From Hormoscilla sp. (GTDB lineage Bacteria > Cyanobacteriota > Cyanobacteriia > Cyanobacteriales > Desertifilaceae), in NCBI GenBank assembly GCA_051439505.1, contig JBFRWI010000070.1:21906-85905 (forward strand): a DNA stretch of 64,000 bases, read 5' to 3'. Both the position numbers and the translations under genes were made by a program. Of the stretch, positions 49,464-61,765 are shown one piece after another; position 1 is the stretch's first letter, and each line of letters starts with the position of its first letter. Under the pieces are notes generated by a model. It saw only the letters and a program-made list of their open reading frames with translations, had not been told where the DNA came from and did not search any database.

Positions 49464-50618
49464 TCAAACACTCATCAAGGGCTGGATCTGCCCCGCCTGG
49501 ACCAAAAGAATTTGGCTATTTTGCAGCCACGCCCCATCAAAGGCCCCCAGGTGGGTAGTAGCGATCAGGGTTTGAAAGCGATCGCCGATCGCCTCCAGCA
49601 GTTGATTTTGCCGGTTTAAGTCCAATTCCGCCAGCACGTCATCCAGTAAGAGCAGGGGTGACTCACCCACGACCTCCCAAATCAATTTCAGTTCTGCCAA
49701 CTTCAAAGCTAGCACCAGGGTCCGTTGTTGTCCTTGGGAAGCATATTGACGCGCCGGAGTATCGTCTACGATCAACTCGACTTCGTCTCTATGAGGACCA
49801 ACTAGGGATGTCCCCTGGTACTTTTCCGCCATAGCCCTTTGCTGAATTTTCTCTAAAAAAGCTTGCTGTACTTCTGCTGGAGGGGAACGAGAGTCTCCTG
49901 GCCATTCAACATTGGGGGCGTACTGCACCTTCAGCACCTCTTGAGAGCCACTGATGTCTGAGTGCCACGCAACAGCAATAGGGGCTAGCCGTTCTATTAC
50001 CCTGGCGCGACGCCGCATCAAGCGAGCACCAATAGTGACCAATTGAGCATCCCACACTGCCAATTCCTCTGGCCGCTCGAACTCCGGTTCAGACTGTATT
50101 TTTTTCAACAGTTTGTTGCGCTGGCGCAATACTTGGTTGTATTGTCCCAAAAAATGGGCATAGACCGGTTCCAACTGAGTCAACAAACTATCCAGCATGG
50201 TGCGACGCCGTTCGGGGCTACCCCGCACCAATTCCAGGTCAAGGCTGGAAAATTTTACCACATTCAGGACGCCCAAGAAATCCATCTGTCGCCGCAGGGA
50301 TTCGTCATTGAGGGCAACAGTCCGGCGTCCGTTGCTGCGGAGGATGAGCTTGAGGTCCACTGAGCCTGTCTGCCGTTCCAGACTGCCGGTTATTTGCCCG
50401 CTAGTAGACTGTGTACCTCGTGCCTGGGACTGCCAGATCAAATCCCGATCGCGGGAAGTGCGGTGAGATCTCAGAGTTGAGAGTAATTCGACAGCTTCCA
50501 GGAGATTCGACTTTCCCTGAGCATTATCCCCCACTAAGATAATTTTGGCAGCATCAAAGCCAACAAGTTGATCTCGGTAATTGCGAAAATGTCTGAGGTG
50601 CAGCTTTTTCAGGTACAT
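49464..50618 (-). CDS. recF: DNA replication/repair protein RecF
   Basis: FRNY, GDNAQGKSNLLEA, GPHRD, SQGQQR, LLLDDVLAELD. Confidence 0.96.
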   Translation of the reverse strand: MYLKKLHLRHFRNYRDQLVGFDAAKIILVGDNAQGKSNLLEAVELLSTLRSHRTSRDRDLIWQSQARGTQSTSGQITGSLERQTGSVDLKLILRSNGRRTVALNDESLRRQMDFLGVLNVVKFSSLDLELVRGSPERRRTMLDSLLTQLEPVYAHFLGQYNQVLRQRNKLLKKIQSEPEFERPEELAVWDAQLVTIGARLMRRRARVIERLAPIAVAWHSDISGSQEVLKVQYAPNVEWPGDSRSPPAEVQQAFLEKIQQRAMAEKYQGTSLVGPHRDEVELIVDDTPARQYASQGQQRTLVLALKLAELKLIWEVVGESPLLLLDDVLAELDLNRQNQLLEAIGDRFQTLIATTHLGAFDGAWLQNSQILLVQAGQIQPLMSV

Positions 50619-50674
50619 CAAGGGCTATGGGGCATGGGACAACATGAAAGTCCCGTCGGAGGTAATGGAGATCT

Positions 50675-51547
50675 CTAACTGGGGACTATAACTGGTAAAA
50701 TCCGAGGGATGACTCGGAAGTGGGCGGGAGTTTTGGTAGTGATTTCACCATCTGTGTTGATAGAAATCGGCTTGCGAGTTAACACTTCCATTTCCGTGCC
50801 TTCGAGAGTGAAAACATTAGATATCTGGGAAAGACGTCCTTGCCTTAAAGCTGGCAGTAAGGGAAACATCTCCCACCAGTGGTTAATTCCCAGGCTGTAG
50901 AGGTCCAAGCGCTGGTCGTCGATGGCTGCATCCGAGGCGATCGCCATGCCTCCTCCATAATATAGCCCATTACCCACAGCAATTTGCACGGTTTTCACCT
51001 GGTGCGACTGGCCATCACAGCGAATTTCAGCCCGAAAAGGGCGCGCGCGGGCCAGTACCCTGATAGCAGCGATCGCATAGGCCAGAACTCCCCAGCGCCG
51101 CTTGACTTGTTTATTCAGGCTGCGGGTGATGTTTACAGACAGTCCCATGCTGGCAACGTTAAAATAATGCTTTCCATTTACCCAACCCAAGTCTATATAA
51201 TGTCGTTTACCCGTAGCGATCGTCTGGCAAGCTGCCGGTATAGACAGAGGGATATTTAAGGTCCGGGCCAGGTCATTAGCAGTTCCCATGGGCAAAATGC
51301 CCAAGGGCAGTTGGGTATCAACCAGAGCATCTACAGCCGTATTCATGGTACCATCGCCACCACCAATGATCACCAAATCTACCTTATCCTGGTGCTGGCG
51401 AATCACTTCCGGTATTTCCCCGGGGTTAGATACCGGTTCCTCTACCAGTTCAAACCCCGATCGCCGCAGGTGGCGGATCACCTCTGTGCGGTGTTTCCTA
51501 CCTTGGCGAGAGAGACGATTGATAAAAAACAGTGCTCGCTGGTTCAT
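50675..51547 (-). CDS. YegS/diacylglycerol-kinase family lipid kinase
   Basis: GGGDGT, LPMGTANDLAR, NGLYYGGG, INTDGE. Confidence 0.9.
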   Translation of the reverse strand: MNQRALFFINRLSRQGRKHRTEVIRHLRRSGFELVEEPVSNPGEIPEVIRQHQDKVDLVIIGGGDGTMNTAVDALVDTQLPLGILPMGTANDLARTLNIPLSIPAACQTIATGKRHYIDLGWVNGKHYFNVASMGLSVNITRSLNKQVKRRWGVLAYAIAAIRVLARARPFRAEIRCDGQSHQVKTVQIAVGNGLYYGGGMAIASDAAIDDQRLDLYSLGINHWWEMFPLLPALRQGRLSQISNVFTLEGTEMEVLTRKPISINTDGEITTKTPAHFRVIPRILPVIVPS

Positions 51548-52031
51548 ACTTTTTCAGACATGTTCTCGGCATGACTGTCGCGGGGAGCGCCCTAGGGGTC
51601 TTATCTATTTTATCCTGTTGAACGAAATTGCTAACTGTCAAGACAACATGCAACTCCTGGGAGTGCCGGTAGTCTATCCTTGTCGTCACCCCAATCTCCG
51701 GACAACTGAAATGGGAAGGTAGTTGGGGTGCTTCGTCCTTGAGAGTCTCCCAACCCATTATCTAGTGCTGGTTTGCTTTTTTGTAGTTAACACCATAAGT
51801 AACTGAGTCGAGCGTAATGTAATCATATTCCCCGCAATTGTAATAGTTATCACATTTTGACAGAGATTGAATAGTAGAATTAGACTCTCTCCAAATGGGA
51901 GAGCAGGCGATGCGTGACAGTAATCTGATGCCTTTGAAAGAGCGATCGTCCCATCCCATATGTCGGTTGAATTCCGCGGCTAGTTGAAATCGCCTATAAT
52001 TGAAAGAATAGCCACAAAAGTAATTAAAGAA

Positions 52032-53738
52032 ATGTCAGCTCAAAAAGAGCCTCTCACTTCAGTCGGACCAAGAAAACTGCCACCAAGCTGGCGTCGGACA
52101 GTTAGACCCATTGGAGTCTACGCATTGCAGGGTCTAGCCTCAGATGGAGACAAGCTGCTGGCACTAGACTCAGTACGAGGATATCTGCTACAGATAGATA
52201 GCAAGAGCGACAATACCATTATCCTCAACCCCGATCGTCACGCCGAATTAGAGTACGCCACAGGTTTGGCCATCTGGGACGATAGCATATGGTTCGTTCG
52301 GGATGAGAGCGTTTATTACTGCAACTGGGAGGATCTGACACCCAAGAGATTTATAACTTTACCCTATGAGGTCAATGGCGTTGCGGTATTGGAGTCAATA
52401 GTATATATCACTTGTCGGAGGTTAGGCTACATCCTCATATTTGACCGCAACAGGGCGTCGGAGAGCACCAGGATCAGAGCCCCAGGGGTGGGAGTAGAGA
52501 ATATCACCATCAAGGGAGAAGAACTTTGGGTGACAGACCGGGAGGAGCAAACAGTGTTCTGCTTGGACCGGGGAACAGGGGAAATTATCTTTAGCGTTCT
52601 GACTCCTTTTGAGAATCCCACAGCCCTGACTTTTCACACCTCGGTAGCTTCGACAGAAGCAGAAATACTCTATGTGGCCTATGCCGGTGAGGAGCCTTAC
52701 ATTCGGGATGACCCCAACTCCGAACCATCTCACCAGTTAAGATGGCGCGATCGCACTTTCATCCATCCTCTGCACTACTACCACAAGCAAGAGCAACATT
52801 ACGCCGTCTCCAACGGTTATCTGATCGAGATGTCCTATGTAGAGGAACTCTCCCCCCTAGAGGAATATTATTTAGAGAACCTGGAATGGCGGATCGCCCT
52901 GCCAGCAGAAACCCACCGGCAAAAAGTCTCTCATGTAGAACCCATTGGCCTACCCTTCACCGAAGAAGTAGAAGATGGCCAGCGGGTCGCTGTATTTAAG
53001 TTTGACAGCCTCAAACCCCATGAAGGGCGGATATTTGGCTGGAAAGCCACGATCGAAGTCAGGAGTATCAAATACAATTTCGTCCCTCTAGACCTAGAAA
53101 ACATACCCCCACTGAACACCGAACTGCAAAAGCGTTATCTGGAGGATGATGACGACTTAGCAATGGACACGGAGATAGTCCGCCGCGCGGCCAAAGAGGC
53201 GATCGGCAGGGAAAGGAACTTCCTGCGGCAGATGATCTCGATTAGAAACTACGTCTACGATCGACTATCCTACGGCATGAAACCGAAGATCGATCGTCCA
53301 GATATCGTCCTGGAAAGGGGCATCGGTTCCTGCGGCGAGTACGTCGGCGTCTTGCTAGGACTAGCGCGTTTGAATGGCTTCGCCTGCCGGACGATCGGTC
53401 GCTATAAATGTCCGGCAACCCCCGAGAGGCAAGGAGTCCCCCTGACACCAGACTTCAATCACGTGTGGTTAGAATTTTACATCCCAGGGTTTGGTTGGGT
53501 GCCGATGGAATCAAATCCCGATGATGTCGAAGACGGTCCCCACCTGACTCGATTTTTCATGGGATTAGCATGGTATCATATTGAAATCGGCAAAGGAATT
53601 TCCTTTGAAAAGCTGCTGCTCAACGGCAAACCTGTAAATAAAGAGGAAGTTTCCCTGGGAAACTTAGCCATCAATCACGTCAGATTCACAATTATAGAAG
53701 AACTGGCACCAGAAGTAGCGATGGTCCCGAATGGCTGA
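52032..53738 (+). CDS. Transglutaminase-like domain protein with N-terminal beta-propeller-like region
   Basis: GSCGEY (Cys), FNHVWLEFY (His), GWVPME; repeated beta-strand units in the N-terminal half. Confidence 0.82.
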   Translation: MSAQKEPLTSVGPRKLPPSWRRTVRPIGVYALQGLASDGDKLLALDSVRGYLLQIDSKSDNTIILNPDRHAELEYATGLAIWDDSIWFVRDESVYYCNWEDLTPKRFITLPYEVNGVAVLESIVYITCRRLGYILIFDRNRASESTRIRAPGVGVENITIKGEELWVTDREEQTVFCLDRGTGEIIFSVLTPFENPTALTFHTSVASTEAEILYVAYAGEEPYIRDDPNSEPSHQLRWRDRTFIHPLHYYHKQEQHYAVSNGYLIEMSYVEELSPLEEYYLENLEWRIALPAETHRQKVSHVEPIGLPFTEEVEDGQRVAVFKFDSLKPHEGRIFGWKATIEVRSIKYNFVPLDLENIPPLNTELQKRYLEDDDDLAMDTEIVRRAAKEAIGRERNFLRQMISIRNYVYDRLSYGMKPKIDRPDIVLERGIGSCGEYVGVLLGLARLNGFACRTIGRYKCPATPERQGVPLTPDFNHVWLEFYIPGFGWVPMESNPDDVEDGPHLTRFFMGLAWYHIEIGKGISFEKLLLNGKPVNKEEVSLGNLAINHVRFTIIEELAPEVAMVPNG

Positions 53739-53768
53739 AATCGCCAGTTCCCAGAGCTATTTTCACCT

Positions 53769-53819
53769 TACTTGCGTCTGAAATGGTGGGCAGTGCCCAC
53801 CCTACTTGCGTCTGAAATG
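53769..53819. repeat. Reverse GTAG-REP flanked by a 17-bp direct repeat
   Basis: tacttgcgtctgaaatg twice around ggtgggcagtgcccaccctac. Confidence 0.7.
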
Positions 53820-53853
53820 CCGACCTTGTCCATTAGTAATTACCCCTCGCGCG

Positions 53854-55344
53854 ATGTCATCCCAACCGTTACTATCTGGCAAACCTACCAGTAAACGCAA
53901 ACCTTACCGCCGTGGCAACCTCTGGTTTGAGAGATTGATGGCGATCGTAGCGGTGGTGAATTTAAGCTTGGTAGCCTTCGATATGAGTTACATCCGCATA
54001 CGGAATTTCTGGCTACAGGGCGATATTCCCATTCCTATAGTTGGCGGCACCATTAAGGCTCCCATACCACCGGTCACCACTTGGTATGACTCGGTTAAGG
54101 GGATTGAACCCCACCGAGATACGACGGCCTATCTCCAGCGGGTAGATGAACTCGAAGCTCAAATTAGGAAAACAGGAGTGCGATCGCCTTCATCAGAAAC
54201 GATCCTAGAGGATCTGCGGGGCCTGAGCGAGAAAATGATTGAAGAGAATCCTTTTCAGGTAGCCAATAAAAGTGGAACCCTAGAAAAGATAAAAAATCGG
54301 ATGCGCGACCTCATGGACAATGAAGAGGCTTCAGCCAAAGAAGCATTCAGGACTTTTTGGAGTCAAGAATATTTAGCTACTGCTGCCCAAAAACGAGGAA
54401 GAGAGTTCTTCGATCGCGAGATTCGTCCCCTGATCGAAAGCAACTACTTTCGGTCGATCGACGAAACTGGAGAATTTACCGATAAATTCTGGCAAATAAA
54501 CTTGCCCTTTGCCATACTTTTTATCCTAGAGTTTCTGGCGCGGACCTTCTACATCAGCCGCAAGTATACTGCCGTTAGCTGGCGAGACGCCATGTTGTGG
54601 CGCTGGTATGATGTCTTTTTATTTTTGCCGTTTTTTCGCTGGCTGCGAGTCATACCAGCGATCGTTCGTCTGAACGACGCGGAGTTAATCGATCTCGAAC
54701 CAGTGCGCGCTCAATTCAGTCGAGGTTTTGTCGCTAGCTTTGCTGGGGAACTAACTGAAGTCGTGATCGTGCAAACGATTAACCAGGTGCAAACGTCAGT
54801 CAAGAGTGGTGATTTAGCACGCCAAGTATTTGAGACTGCCAACCGTCCCTACATCGACCTCAACAACATTAACGAAATAGAAGCGGTCTCCACTCGCCTA
54901 GTCCAACTGACTCTCTATGAAGTATTGCCGGCGATCGAGCCAGATTTAAGAGCATTGCTGAATCATAACATAGAAATCATCCTCAGTCAATCCCCTCTGT
55001 ATCAAGGTCTGCATGCCTTACCAGGATTGAATCAGATACCCGCTCAGTTAACAGATCGGATAGCGACAGAGGTCTCAAAGCTGCTCACAGAAGGATCCAA
55101 ATCACTTTACGATGCCATCATTAACGACCCCGTTGGTGCTGAACTGATAAACAAGCTAGTGCAGCATTTTGGCCAAGCTTTAGGCTCCCAAATCCAACAA
55201 AAGCCAAACCTTCAAGAACTCGAATCCTTGATTAGTGACTTCCTCGAAGAGGTGAAGATCAATTACGTCCAGCGTCTGGAGCAGGAGGATATCGAGCAAA
55301 TCCTGGAACAAACCAGGCAACTCCAGCAAAGTAGCAAATCCTAG
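53854..55344 (+). CDS. Hypothetical membrane protein
   Basis: Long ORF with TM segments; NPFQVANKSGTLEKIKNRMR, WRWYD motifs. Confidence 0.75.
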   Translation: MSSQPLLSGKPTSKRKPYRRGNLWFERLMAIVAVVNLSLVAFDMSYIRIRNFWLQGDIPIPIVGGTIKAPIPPVTTWYDSVKGIEPHRDTTAYLQRVDELEAQIRKTGVRSPSSETILEDLRGLSEKMIEENPFQVANKSGTLEKIKNRMRDLMDNEEASAKEAFRTFWSQEYLATAAQKRGREFFDREIRPLIESNYFRSIDETGEFTDKFWQINLPFAILFILEFLARTFYISRKYTAVSWRDAMLWRWYDVFLFLPFFRWLRVIPAIVRLNDAELIDLEPVRAQFSRGFVASFAGELTEVVIVQTINQVQTSVKSGDLARQVFETANRPYIDLNNINEIEAVSTRLVQLTLYEVLPAIEPDLRALLNHNIEIILSQSPLYQGLHALPGLNQIPAQLTDRIATEVSKLLTEGSKSLYDAIINDPVGAELINKLVQHFGQALGSQIQQKPNLQELESLISDFLEEVKINYVQRLEQEDIEQILEQTRQLQQSSKS

Positions 55345-55555
55345 TGTTGGGCCTGGTATGGGATCTGGACATGCTCCCTGTCAGTGCTAGCTAGCTACCG
55401 CCGGTCTTTCACGGCGATCGCCCTGGGAAATGATCTGGTCGGGTCGGTGAAATGCTATTATAGAAATTCAGTTGAAGCCACCCACGCTCTGGACCGGCGG
55501 CTTGTGGTCCCCTAATTCTGTGGAAGTGGCAGCTGTAGGCAGAATTTCACGCCTA

Positions 55556-55579
55556 AGTGGGTCAACACCCGCTTTTTTT
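55556..55579 (+). promoter_or_regulatory. Leader hairpin upstream of the rimP-nusA-infB operon
   Basis: aagtgggtcaacacccgctttttt, similar to the AGTGGG..CCCACT hairpin commonly found before rimP. Confidence 0.5.
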
Positions 55580-55615
55580 AATGGACGTTAGTGCGAAGGC
55601 GCGGGGGTTTTCCAG

Positions 55616-56077
55616 ATGAGACATCCTTTAATTCCACAAATCATTGATTTAGCAACACCGGTGGCAGAGGCTCTCGGTTTAGAGGTGGTAGGAGCAGTTT
55701 TTCAGACTAATCAAAAGCCACCCGTACTGCGCGTGGACATCCGCAACCCTCAGCAAGATACCGGTTTAGAAGATTGCGAACGGATGTCTCGGGCCCTGGA
55801 AGCAACCTTGGATACCAGTGAGATTATACCATTGGCTTACATTCTGGAGATTTCCAGTCCTGGCATATCACGAGAGCTGACGAGCGATCGAGAATTTATC
55901 GCCTTCAAAGGGTTTGCCGTCATTGTCACCACAAAAGAGCACTCTGTTGGTATCCAGGAATGGCGAGGGCAGTTGCTGCGTCGGGATGAAACAGCAGTTT
56001 ACTTAAATCAAAAAGGAAAAAGCATCCGCCTCGATCGCCAGCTAATTACCAGGGTGCAGTTAGATGAAAGCCGCTAA
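55616..56077 (+). CDS. rimP: Ribosome maturation factor RimP
   Basis: [20 protein letters not shown]; operon context. Confidence 0.95.
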   Translation: MRHPLIPQIIDLATPVAEALGLEVVGAVFQTNQKPPVLRVDIRNPQQDTGLEDCERMSRALEATLDTSEIIPLAYILEISSPGISRELTSDREFIAFKGFAVIVTTKEHSVGIQEWRGQLLRRDETAVYLNQKGKSIRLDRQLITRVQLDESR

Positions 56078-56122
56078 TAATCCTTGCTTGAGCAGTCATT
56101 TTTAAGGGAGAGAGAACAAAAA

Positions 56123-57484
56123 ATGTCAATGGTCAATCTGCCGGGACTGAAAGATATGATCGACAGCATTAGTCGAGAGCGCAACTTACCCAAACACGCC
56201 GTGCAGGCGGCGCTGCGAGAAGCACTGATGAAGGGATATGAGCGCTATCGTCGCACTCAACGGCTCAATAGCGCCAACTTTGATGAAGAATACTTTGACA
56301 ATTTTGAAGTCGAACTAGACATTGAGGACGAAGGATTTAGAATCCTATCGACCAAGAGTATTACCTCTGAGGTCAGCAACCCCGATCATCAGATTTCACT
56401 TAAAGAAGTACAAGAAGTCGCTGCTGAAGCCCAGTTGGGCGACACGGTGATATTGGATGTCACCCCAGATCAGAGAGATTTTGGTCGCATGGCGGCGATC
56501 CAGACCAAGCAGGTGCTGGCTCAAAAACTGCGCGATCAACAGCGCAAGCTGATTCAAGAAGAGTTCCAAGACCTGGAAGGGATAGTACTGCAAGCTAGAG
56601 TCTTGCGCTTTGAAAGACAATCAGTGATCGTGGCAGTTAGCAGTGGCTTTGGCCAGCCAGAGGTAGAAGCGGAACTACCCAAGCGCGAACAGCTGCCCAA
56701 CGACAACTATCGAGCTAATGCCACTTTCAAGGTTTATCTGAAAAAAGTTGGCTCTGGCTCTCAACGAGGCCCGCAGCTGCTAGTGTCGCGAGCTGACGCC
56801 GGTTTAGTGGTGTATCTGTTCGACAACGAAGTGCCAGAAATTCAGGATGAAATAGTGCGTATTGTAGCAGTGGCGCGAGAAGCTAATCCCCCTTCTCGTT
56901 ATGCACCATCCCCCCGCACGAAAATTGCTGTTGATACTCTGGAGAGAGATGTAGACCCAGTAGGAGCCTGCATTGGCTCCCGGGGATCTCGCATTCAAGT
57001 GGTGGTCAATGAGTTGCGGGGAGAAAAAATCGACGTGATCCGCTGGTCCCCTGACCCAGCTACCTATATTGCCAACGCTCTCAGTCCCGCCCGTGTCGAT
57101 GCCGTGTATTTAGTAGACCCCGATGTTCGTCAAGCTCATGTCCTCGTGGCGGAAAATCAGCTGAGTTTAGCCATTGGCAAGGAAGGACAGAATGTCCGTC
57201 TGGCCGCTCGCCTGACCGGTTGGAAAATTGATATCAAAGATAACGCCTCTTACGACCATGAAGCCGAAAGCCTCAAGATTGCAGCTATAGTAGAGGCTCG
57301 TGAACAAGCAGATCGCCTCGATGAGGAAGAGGAAGAGCAAGAACTAGAAGCTGAACTGGCTGACACAGAACCGGTGGCAACATCAGACCCCGATCGGGCA
57401 GTATCGGATGACCTAGCAGATGTTGTTTCGACAGATGTGGAGATATCACCACCACCGGGAACGGAAACTGATGATGAGAGGTGA
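56123..57484 (+). CDS. nusA: Transcription elongation factor NusA
   Basis: FGRMAAIQTKQV, S1 and KH domains, DPVGACIGSRGSRI, SLAIGKEGQNVRLAARLTGWKIDI. Confidence 0.97.
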   Translation: MSMVNLPGLKDMIDSISRERNLPKHAVQAALREALMKGYERYRRTQRLNSANFDEEYFDNFEVELDIEDEGFRILSTKSITSEVSNPDHQISLKEVQEVAAEAQLGDTVILDVTPDQRDFGRMAAIQTKQVLAQKLRDQQRKLIQEEFQDLEGIVLQARVLRFERQSVIVAVSSGFGQPEVEAELPKREQLPNDNYRANATFKVYLKKVGSGSQRGPQLLVSRADAGLVVYLFDNEVPEIQDEIVRIVAVAREANPPSRYAPSPRTKIAVDTLERDVDPVGACIGSRGSRIQVVVNELRGEKIDVIRWSPDPATYIANALSPARVDAVYLVDPDVRQAHVLVAENQLSLAIGKEGQNVRLAARLTGWKIDIKDNASYDHEAESLKIAAIVEAREQADRLDEEEEEQELEAELADTEPVATSDPDRAVSDDLADVVSTDVEISPPPGTETDDER

Positions 57485-57692
57485 GGTGATGTAGGCCAAG
57501 CGATCGGCGCGTTTGGAACCTCGGATGTGATATGAGATCCCAGCCGCCCGCTCTCCGGAGAGCTAGTAAATTTCAGACGGCATAGGGGAGAGGAGATTTT
57601 TGAAGAGAGTACACGGGCGTGCATAGAAATGCTTTAACATGGCACTGAGAGTTTTTGTAATCCCTCACTGCCGCGATCCTAATTTTCCAGCC

Positions 57693-57998
57693 ATGTTACC
57701 TAACTATCGCCGTTGTATTAGTTGCCGCCAGGTAGCTAGCAAAGAAGCTTTTTGGCGCATTGTCAGAGTATATCCTTCAGGGGAGTTACAATTAGATCGG
57801 GGCATGGGGCGTTCAGCATATCTATGTCCGGACCCTGAGTGCCTCAAAGCAGCTCAGAAGAAAAATCGCTTGGGCAAGGCCCTGAGAGCCAGAGTCCCCC
57901 CAGAAATATACCAAACTCTCTGGGAACGCTTACAGGCTGCTGGTCGAGGAGATCCATCCCCTGAAAAGTCCGACAGGCTGAGTGTCTTCCCAGACTAA
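57693..57998 (+). CDS. ylxR: YlxR (DUF448) RNA-binding protein
   Basis: RRCISCR, RIVR, GRSAYLC; located between nusA and infB. Confidence 0.92.
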   Translation: MLPNYRRCISCRQVASKEAFWRIVRVYPSGELQLDRGMGRSAYLCPDPECLKAAQKKNRLGKALRARVPPEIYQTLWERLQAAGRGDPSPEKSDRLSVFPD

Positions 57999-58456
57999 CA
58001 GTCCGGTTTTTCTCACTTCCTCTCACTCACCGAAACTAGGATCCAAGTTAATGGAGTCTCCGCACCGCAAGCGGGAGAACTGGGAGCGATCCAGGAGCGA
58101 TGGTGGTAAAAATGGCTGTTTGCTGAGTCCCAATAGGCCGCGTTATAGCCGGCAGTCAAGGAAGCCCCATGGGGTTGTCTGGCGATCGGGCAGCCAAAAA
58201 GTCAGACTCCTGGTAAGATAAAGGAGGAAAGTCTAGACAGACTAGACAGATGGGGCCATCACCTCCGGGAAAACCAGTAAGGTTGATGGTAGGAGGCTCT
58301 CAAAAGAGATCGGTAGTGGTCAGCAACTGAGGAGGAAAACTCCACCAAGCGCAGGCTCGGCGGAAACTCCAAAGGAAAGAAAAAAATTGTAGTGGCTTCT
58401 CGATCGGGAGGCAGGCCATGATGTAAAAACTGGTAGAATTGAAAGAGGAAGAGTGG

Positions 58457-61400
58457 ATGAACAACGGCAGAGTAAGAATTTACGAGCTAACAAAAGAATT
58501 GAATTCGGAGAATAGCAGAATATTGGAAGTTTGCAAGGAGCTAAACATCACATACAAAAGCCACAGCAGCACAATTGCCGAATCAGATGCGGAACGCATT
58601 CGTCGTGCCCACGCCAAAAAATACCCAGAAAAATTGGTCAGCCCCTCATCTCAATCTGCCAGTGTCAGCTCGGCATCAATTGGCACAGAATCAGCACCAG
58701 ATACGCCGCCGCCAGTAAAAAAACGGCAGGAGATTCTGGAAATTCGTCCAAACAGTAAGCCGATATATGCGTCGGGCGATCGCAATCAGAGTGGCGCAAC
58801 ACAGACGGCGAAGCCTCAGAAGCTAAGGGCTCCGAATAGACCAGGCGATCGGCATCCAAGTCAAAGTAGTGGACTCAGTGCGGAAAATGTTGAACTGAAG
58901 ACCCCTAAACCCCGCACAGAAGGAGGTACAGCAGAATCACGCGGGGGGAATGAAGACAAAAGCCAGGGGCCGGTGCCGACTCCGGAATTGACAGTCTCTA
59001 GGCAGGTGGAAGAAAAGCCCGAACTGATAGGTCCGCCAGTAAAGCGACAAGAAATCAAAACAGAGAAGCGGTCCTCTGGAAGTGCTATTGATGAAGGCTC
59101 GGAAAAGGCAAAGGTACGAAAGAATCGGGAAGAAAATAAATATCCAAACCGGAAACCAAAAGACCGCAATAAATTTCATCAGTCCCGGGAAATGGCAGAT
59201 GAAGAAGGCAATAAAATTACTGCCGAATCATCAGATCGCAAAGGCACGGGGGTGGAAAAGGCGCCCAAAATAGCGTCTAATCGACCGATAGTGAAACGGT
59301 CGAAAAACAAGGAGAAGGAACAGGAGGGGTCTGATAAACAATCGGCAAGCAAAAATTATCCATCGCCCTCCAAAGCGCCATTAAAACCAGTAGAGAGCAA
59401 AAAAATAGTCAGACTGGCATCGCGGGAAGGCTCAAAGATTCGTAGTGCTGCCGTAGATGAGGCATCATCAATGGGGACGCAACCGGTATTAGAACTGCGC
59501 CGTCCCCGCCCGATGGGTCCAAAAACAGCCCCCAGAGAGATCTCGGATCGGGAATTATCGCTATCGCCAGCATTAGAAAAAGACGGAGAGGAGATCTTAG
59601 ATGCGGATGAGAAGACTAAAGATCTGGATCTGAAGCGACCTGTACCACGTCCACCTAAGCGAGTGAAAAAACGGGAGGAAACGCAGGAAGATGACGAACA
59701 GATAGAAAGTAAAAAGGGCGCAAAAGGAGCGGCAAAGGCTAAGCGGCGTCCGATGATCGTAGATGAGGAGTTAGATGAGGAGTTAGATGAGGAGTTAGAC
59801 GATCTACTAGCCCCTGTGGAAGTCAGCTTGTCCTTGGTGCGTCCAGCAAAACCGAAGGGAAGTTCAACTCAAAGAAAACCCGCAGCTTCAGCAGCACCAC
59901 CTACCCAGAAGGGGAAAGAAGCGTCTGTGAGTCAGAAAACATCGGCTCGTCATCAGCGCGAACAGGAGAAGAAAGAAAAGCCATCAAAAATTGTGCTAGT
60001 AGGTGGCATGACAGTGCGGGAGATGGCGAGTATTCTAGTTGTGCCGGAAACAGAGATTGTCAAGCGGCTGTTCTATAAAGGAATTGCGGCAACGGTCACC
60101 CAAACCCTGGATGTAGAGACAGCAAGTCTGGTAGCTGAAGAGTTAGGGGTTGAGGTGGAAATGGCGTCAGCTGAGTCTGAGGCTCGGAAAGTAACGGAGA
60201 TGCTGGATGAGGCAGACTTGGAAAAGCTGGAACGCCGTCCGCCAGTGGTGACAATTATGGGTCACGTCGATCACGGGAAAACAACTTTGCTTGACGCGAT
60301 TAGAAAAACCAAGGTGGCTCAAGGAGAAGCAGGCGGGATTACTCAGCATATAGGTGCATACCATGTGGATGTGGAACATGCAGGGACTCAAGCACAGATA
60401 GTGTTCTTGGATACTCCGGGTCACGAAGCGTTCACGGCAATGCGGGCGCGAGGGGCACGAGTTACAGATATTGCGATTCTGGTGGTGGCAGCTGATGATG
60501 GGGTGCGCCCTCAAACAATTGAGGCGATTAGCCACGCTAAGGCGGCGGAAGTGCCGCTAGTGGTGGCAATCAATAAAATCGATAAGGAGGGTGCCCAGCC
60601 CGATCGGGTGAAGCAGGAGTTGATGGATCATGGTCTGGTGCCAGAAGAATGGGGCGGCGAGACAATTATGGTGCCGGTGAGTGCGATTAAGGGAGAAAAT
60701 CTCGATACGCTCTTGGAAATGATTCTGTTGGTAGCTGAAGTAGAAGAACTCTCTGCTAACCCAGACCGGGAGGCGAAGGGAACGGTGATAGAAGCGCATC
60801 TGGATAAGGCGAAAGGACCAGTGGCGACGCTGCTGGTGCAAAATGGAACGCTACGAGTGGGAGATACTCTGCTGGCGGGTGCGGCTATAGGTAAGGTGCG
60901 TGCAATGATTGACGATCGAGGTCAGCGAGTGGAAATGGTGGGCCCGAGTTGTGCAGTGGAAGTGTTGGGACTGGGGGATGTGCCGTCTGCCGGGGATGAG
61001 TTCTTGGTGTTTGCCGATGAAAAAGAAGCTAAGTCTCTCGCCCTGATGCGGACCCTTGAACAACGGGAATCTCGTTGGCAACAGGCAATGGCATCCCGAC
61101 GAGTAACTCTCAATAGTCTCAGCGCCCGCGCTCAAGAGGGCGAACTCAAGGAGCTAAACTTGATCTTGAAGGCTGATGTTCAAGGTTCAGTGGAGGCGAT
61201 CTTGGGGTCTCTCAAACAGCTGCCTCAAAATGAAGTGCAAGTGCGAGTGCTGTTGGCGGCTCCCGGAGAAATTACGGAAACGGATGTGGATTTAGCAGCG
61301 GCTTCGGATGCAGTGATCGTTGGGTTTAACACGACTTTTGCCAGTGGGGCGCGATCGGCCTCTGACGATGCGGGTGTAGATGTGCGCGAATATGATGTGA

Positions 61401-61765
61401 TCTACAGTCTGCTGGACGATATCCAGGGAGCTATGGAAGGTCTGCTGGATCCAGAAATGGTGGAAGAAGAACTGGGATCTGTGGAAGTGCGTGCTGTATT
61501 TACTGTGGGTAAGGGTGCGGTCGCTGGCTGCTATGTACTCTCTGGGAAGGCGGTACGCAACTGTAATTTGCGGGTGCGTCGCGGCAAGCATGTGATTTAT
61601 GAAGGCATTCTCGACTCGCTCAAACGGATGAAGGATGATGTTAAGGAGGTTAGTGCTGGCTTTGAGTGTGGGATAGGTGTGGACAAATTCAATGACTGGG
61701 CTGAAAATGATATCATTGAAACCTACCGGATGGTGACTAAGCGACGCACTCTCTCACAAAAATAG
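58457..61765 (+). CDS. infB: Translation initiation factor IF-2
   Basis: [41 protein letters not shown]. Confidence 0.97.
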   Translation: MNNGRVRIYELTKELNSENSRILEVCKELNITYKSHSSTIAESDAERIRRAHAKKYPEKLVSPSSQSASVSSASIGTESAPDTPPPVKKRQEILEIRPNSKPIYASGDRNQSGATQTAKPQKLRAPNRPGDRHPSQSSGLSAENVELKTPKPRTEGGTAESRGGNEDKSQGPVPTPELTVSRQVEEKPELIGPPVKRQEIKTEKRSSGSAIDEGSEKAKVRKNREENKYPNRKPKDRNKFHQSREMADEEGNKITAESSDRKGTGVEKAPKIASNRPIVKRSKNKEKEQEGSDKQSASKNYPSPSKAPLKPVESKKIVRLASREGSKIRSAAVDEASSMGTQPVLELRRPRPMGPKTAPREISDRELSLSPALEKDGEEILDADEKTKDLDLKRPVPRPPKRVKKREETQEDDEQIESKKGAKGAAKAKRRPMIVDEELDEELDEELDDLLAPVEVSLSLVRPAKPKGSSTQRKPAASAAPPTQKGKEASVSQKTSARHQREQEKKEKPSKIVLVGGMTVREMASILVVPETEIVKRLFYKGIAATVTQTLDVETASLVAEELGVEVEMASAESEARKVTEMLDEADLEKLERRPPVVTIMGHVDHGKTTLLDAIRKTKVAQGEAGGITQHIGAYHVDVEHAGTQAQIVFLDTPGHEAFTAMRARGARVTDIAILVVAADDGVRPQTIEAISHAKAAEVPLVVAINKIDKEGAQPDRVKQELMDHGLVPEEWGGETIMVPVSAIKGENLDTLLEMILLVAEVEELSANPDREAKGTVIEAHLDKAKGPVATLLVQNGTLRVGDTLLAGAAIGKVRAMIDDRGQRVEMVGPSCAVEVLGLGDVPSAGDEFLVFADEKEAKSLALMRTLEQRESRWQQAMASRRVTLNSLSARAQEGELKELNLILKADVQGSVEAILGSLKQLPQNEVQVRVLLAAPGEITETDVDLAAASDAVIVGFNTTFASGARSASDDAGVDVREYDVIYSLLDDIQGAMEGLLDPEMVEEELGSVEVRAVFTVGKGAVAGCYVLSGKAVRNCNLRVRRGKHVIYEGILDSLKRMKDDVKEVSAGFECGIGVDKFNDWAENDIIETYRMVTKRRTLSQK

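Noticed and set aside
59760..59800. 12-bp repeat in infB (DEEL x3) as a functional element
   Set aside because: An ordinary in-frame slippage repeat in the variable IF-2 N-terminal region.
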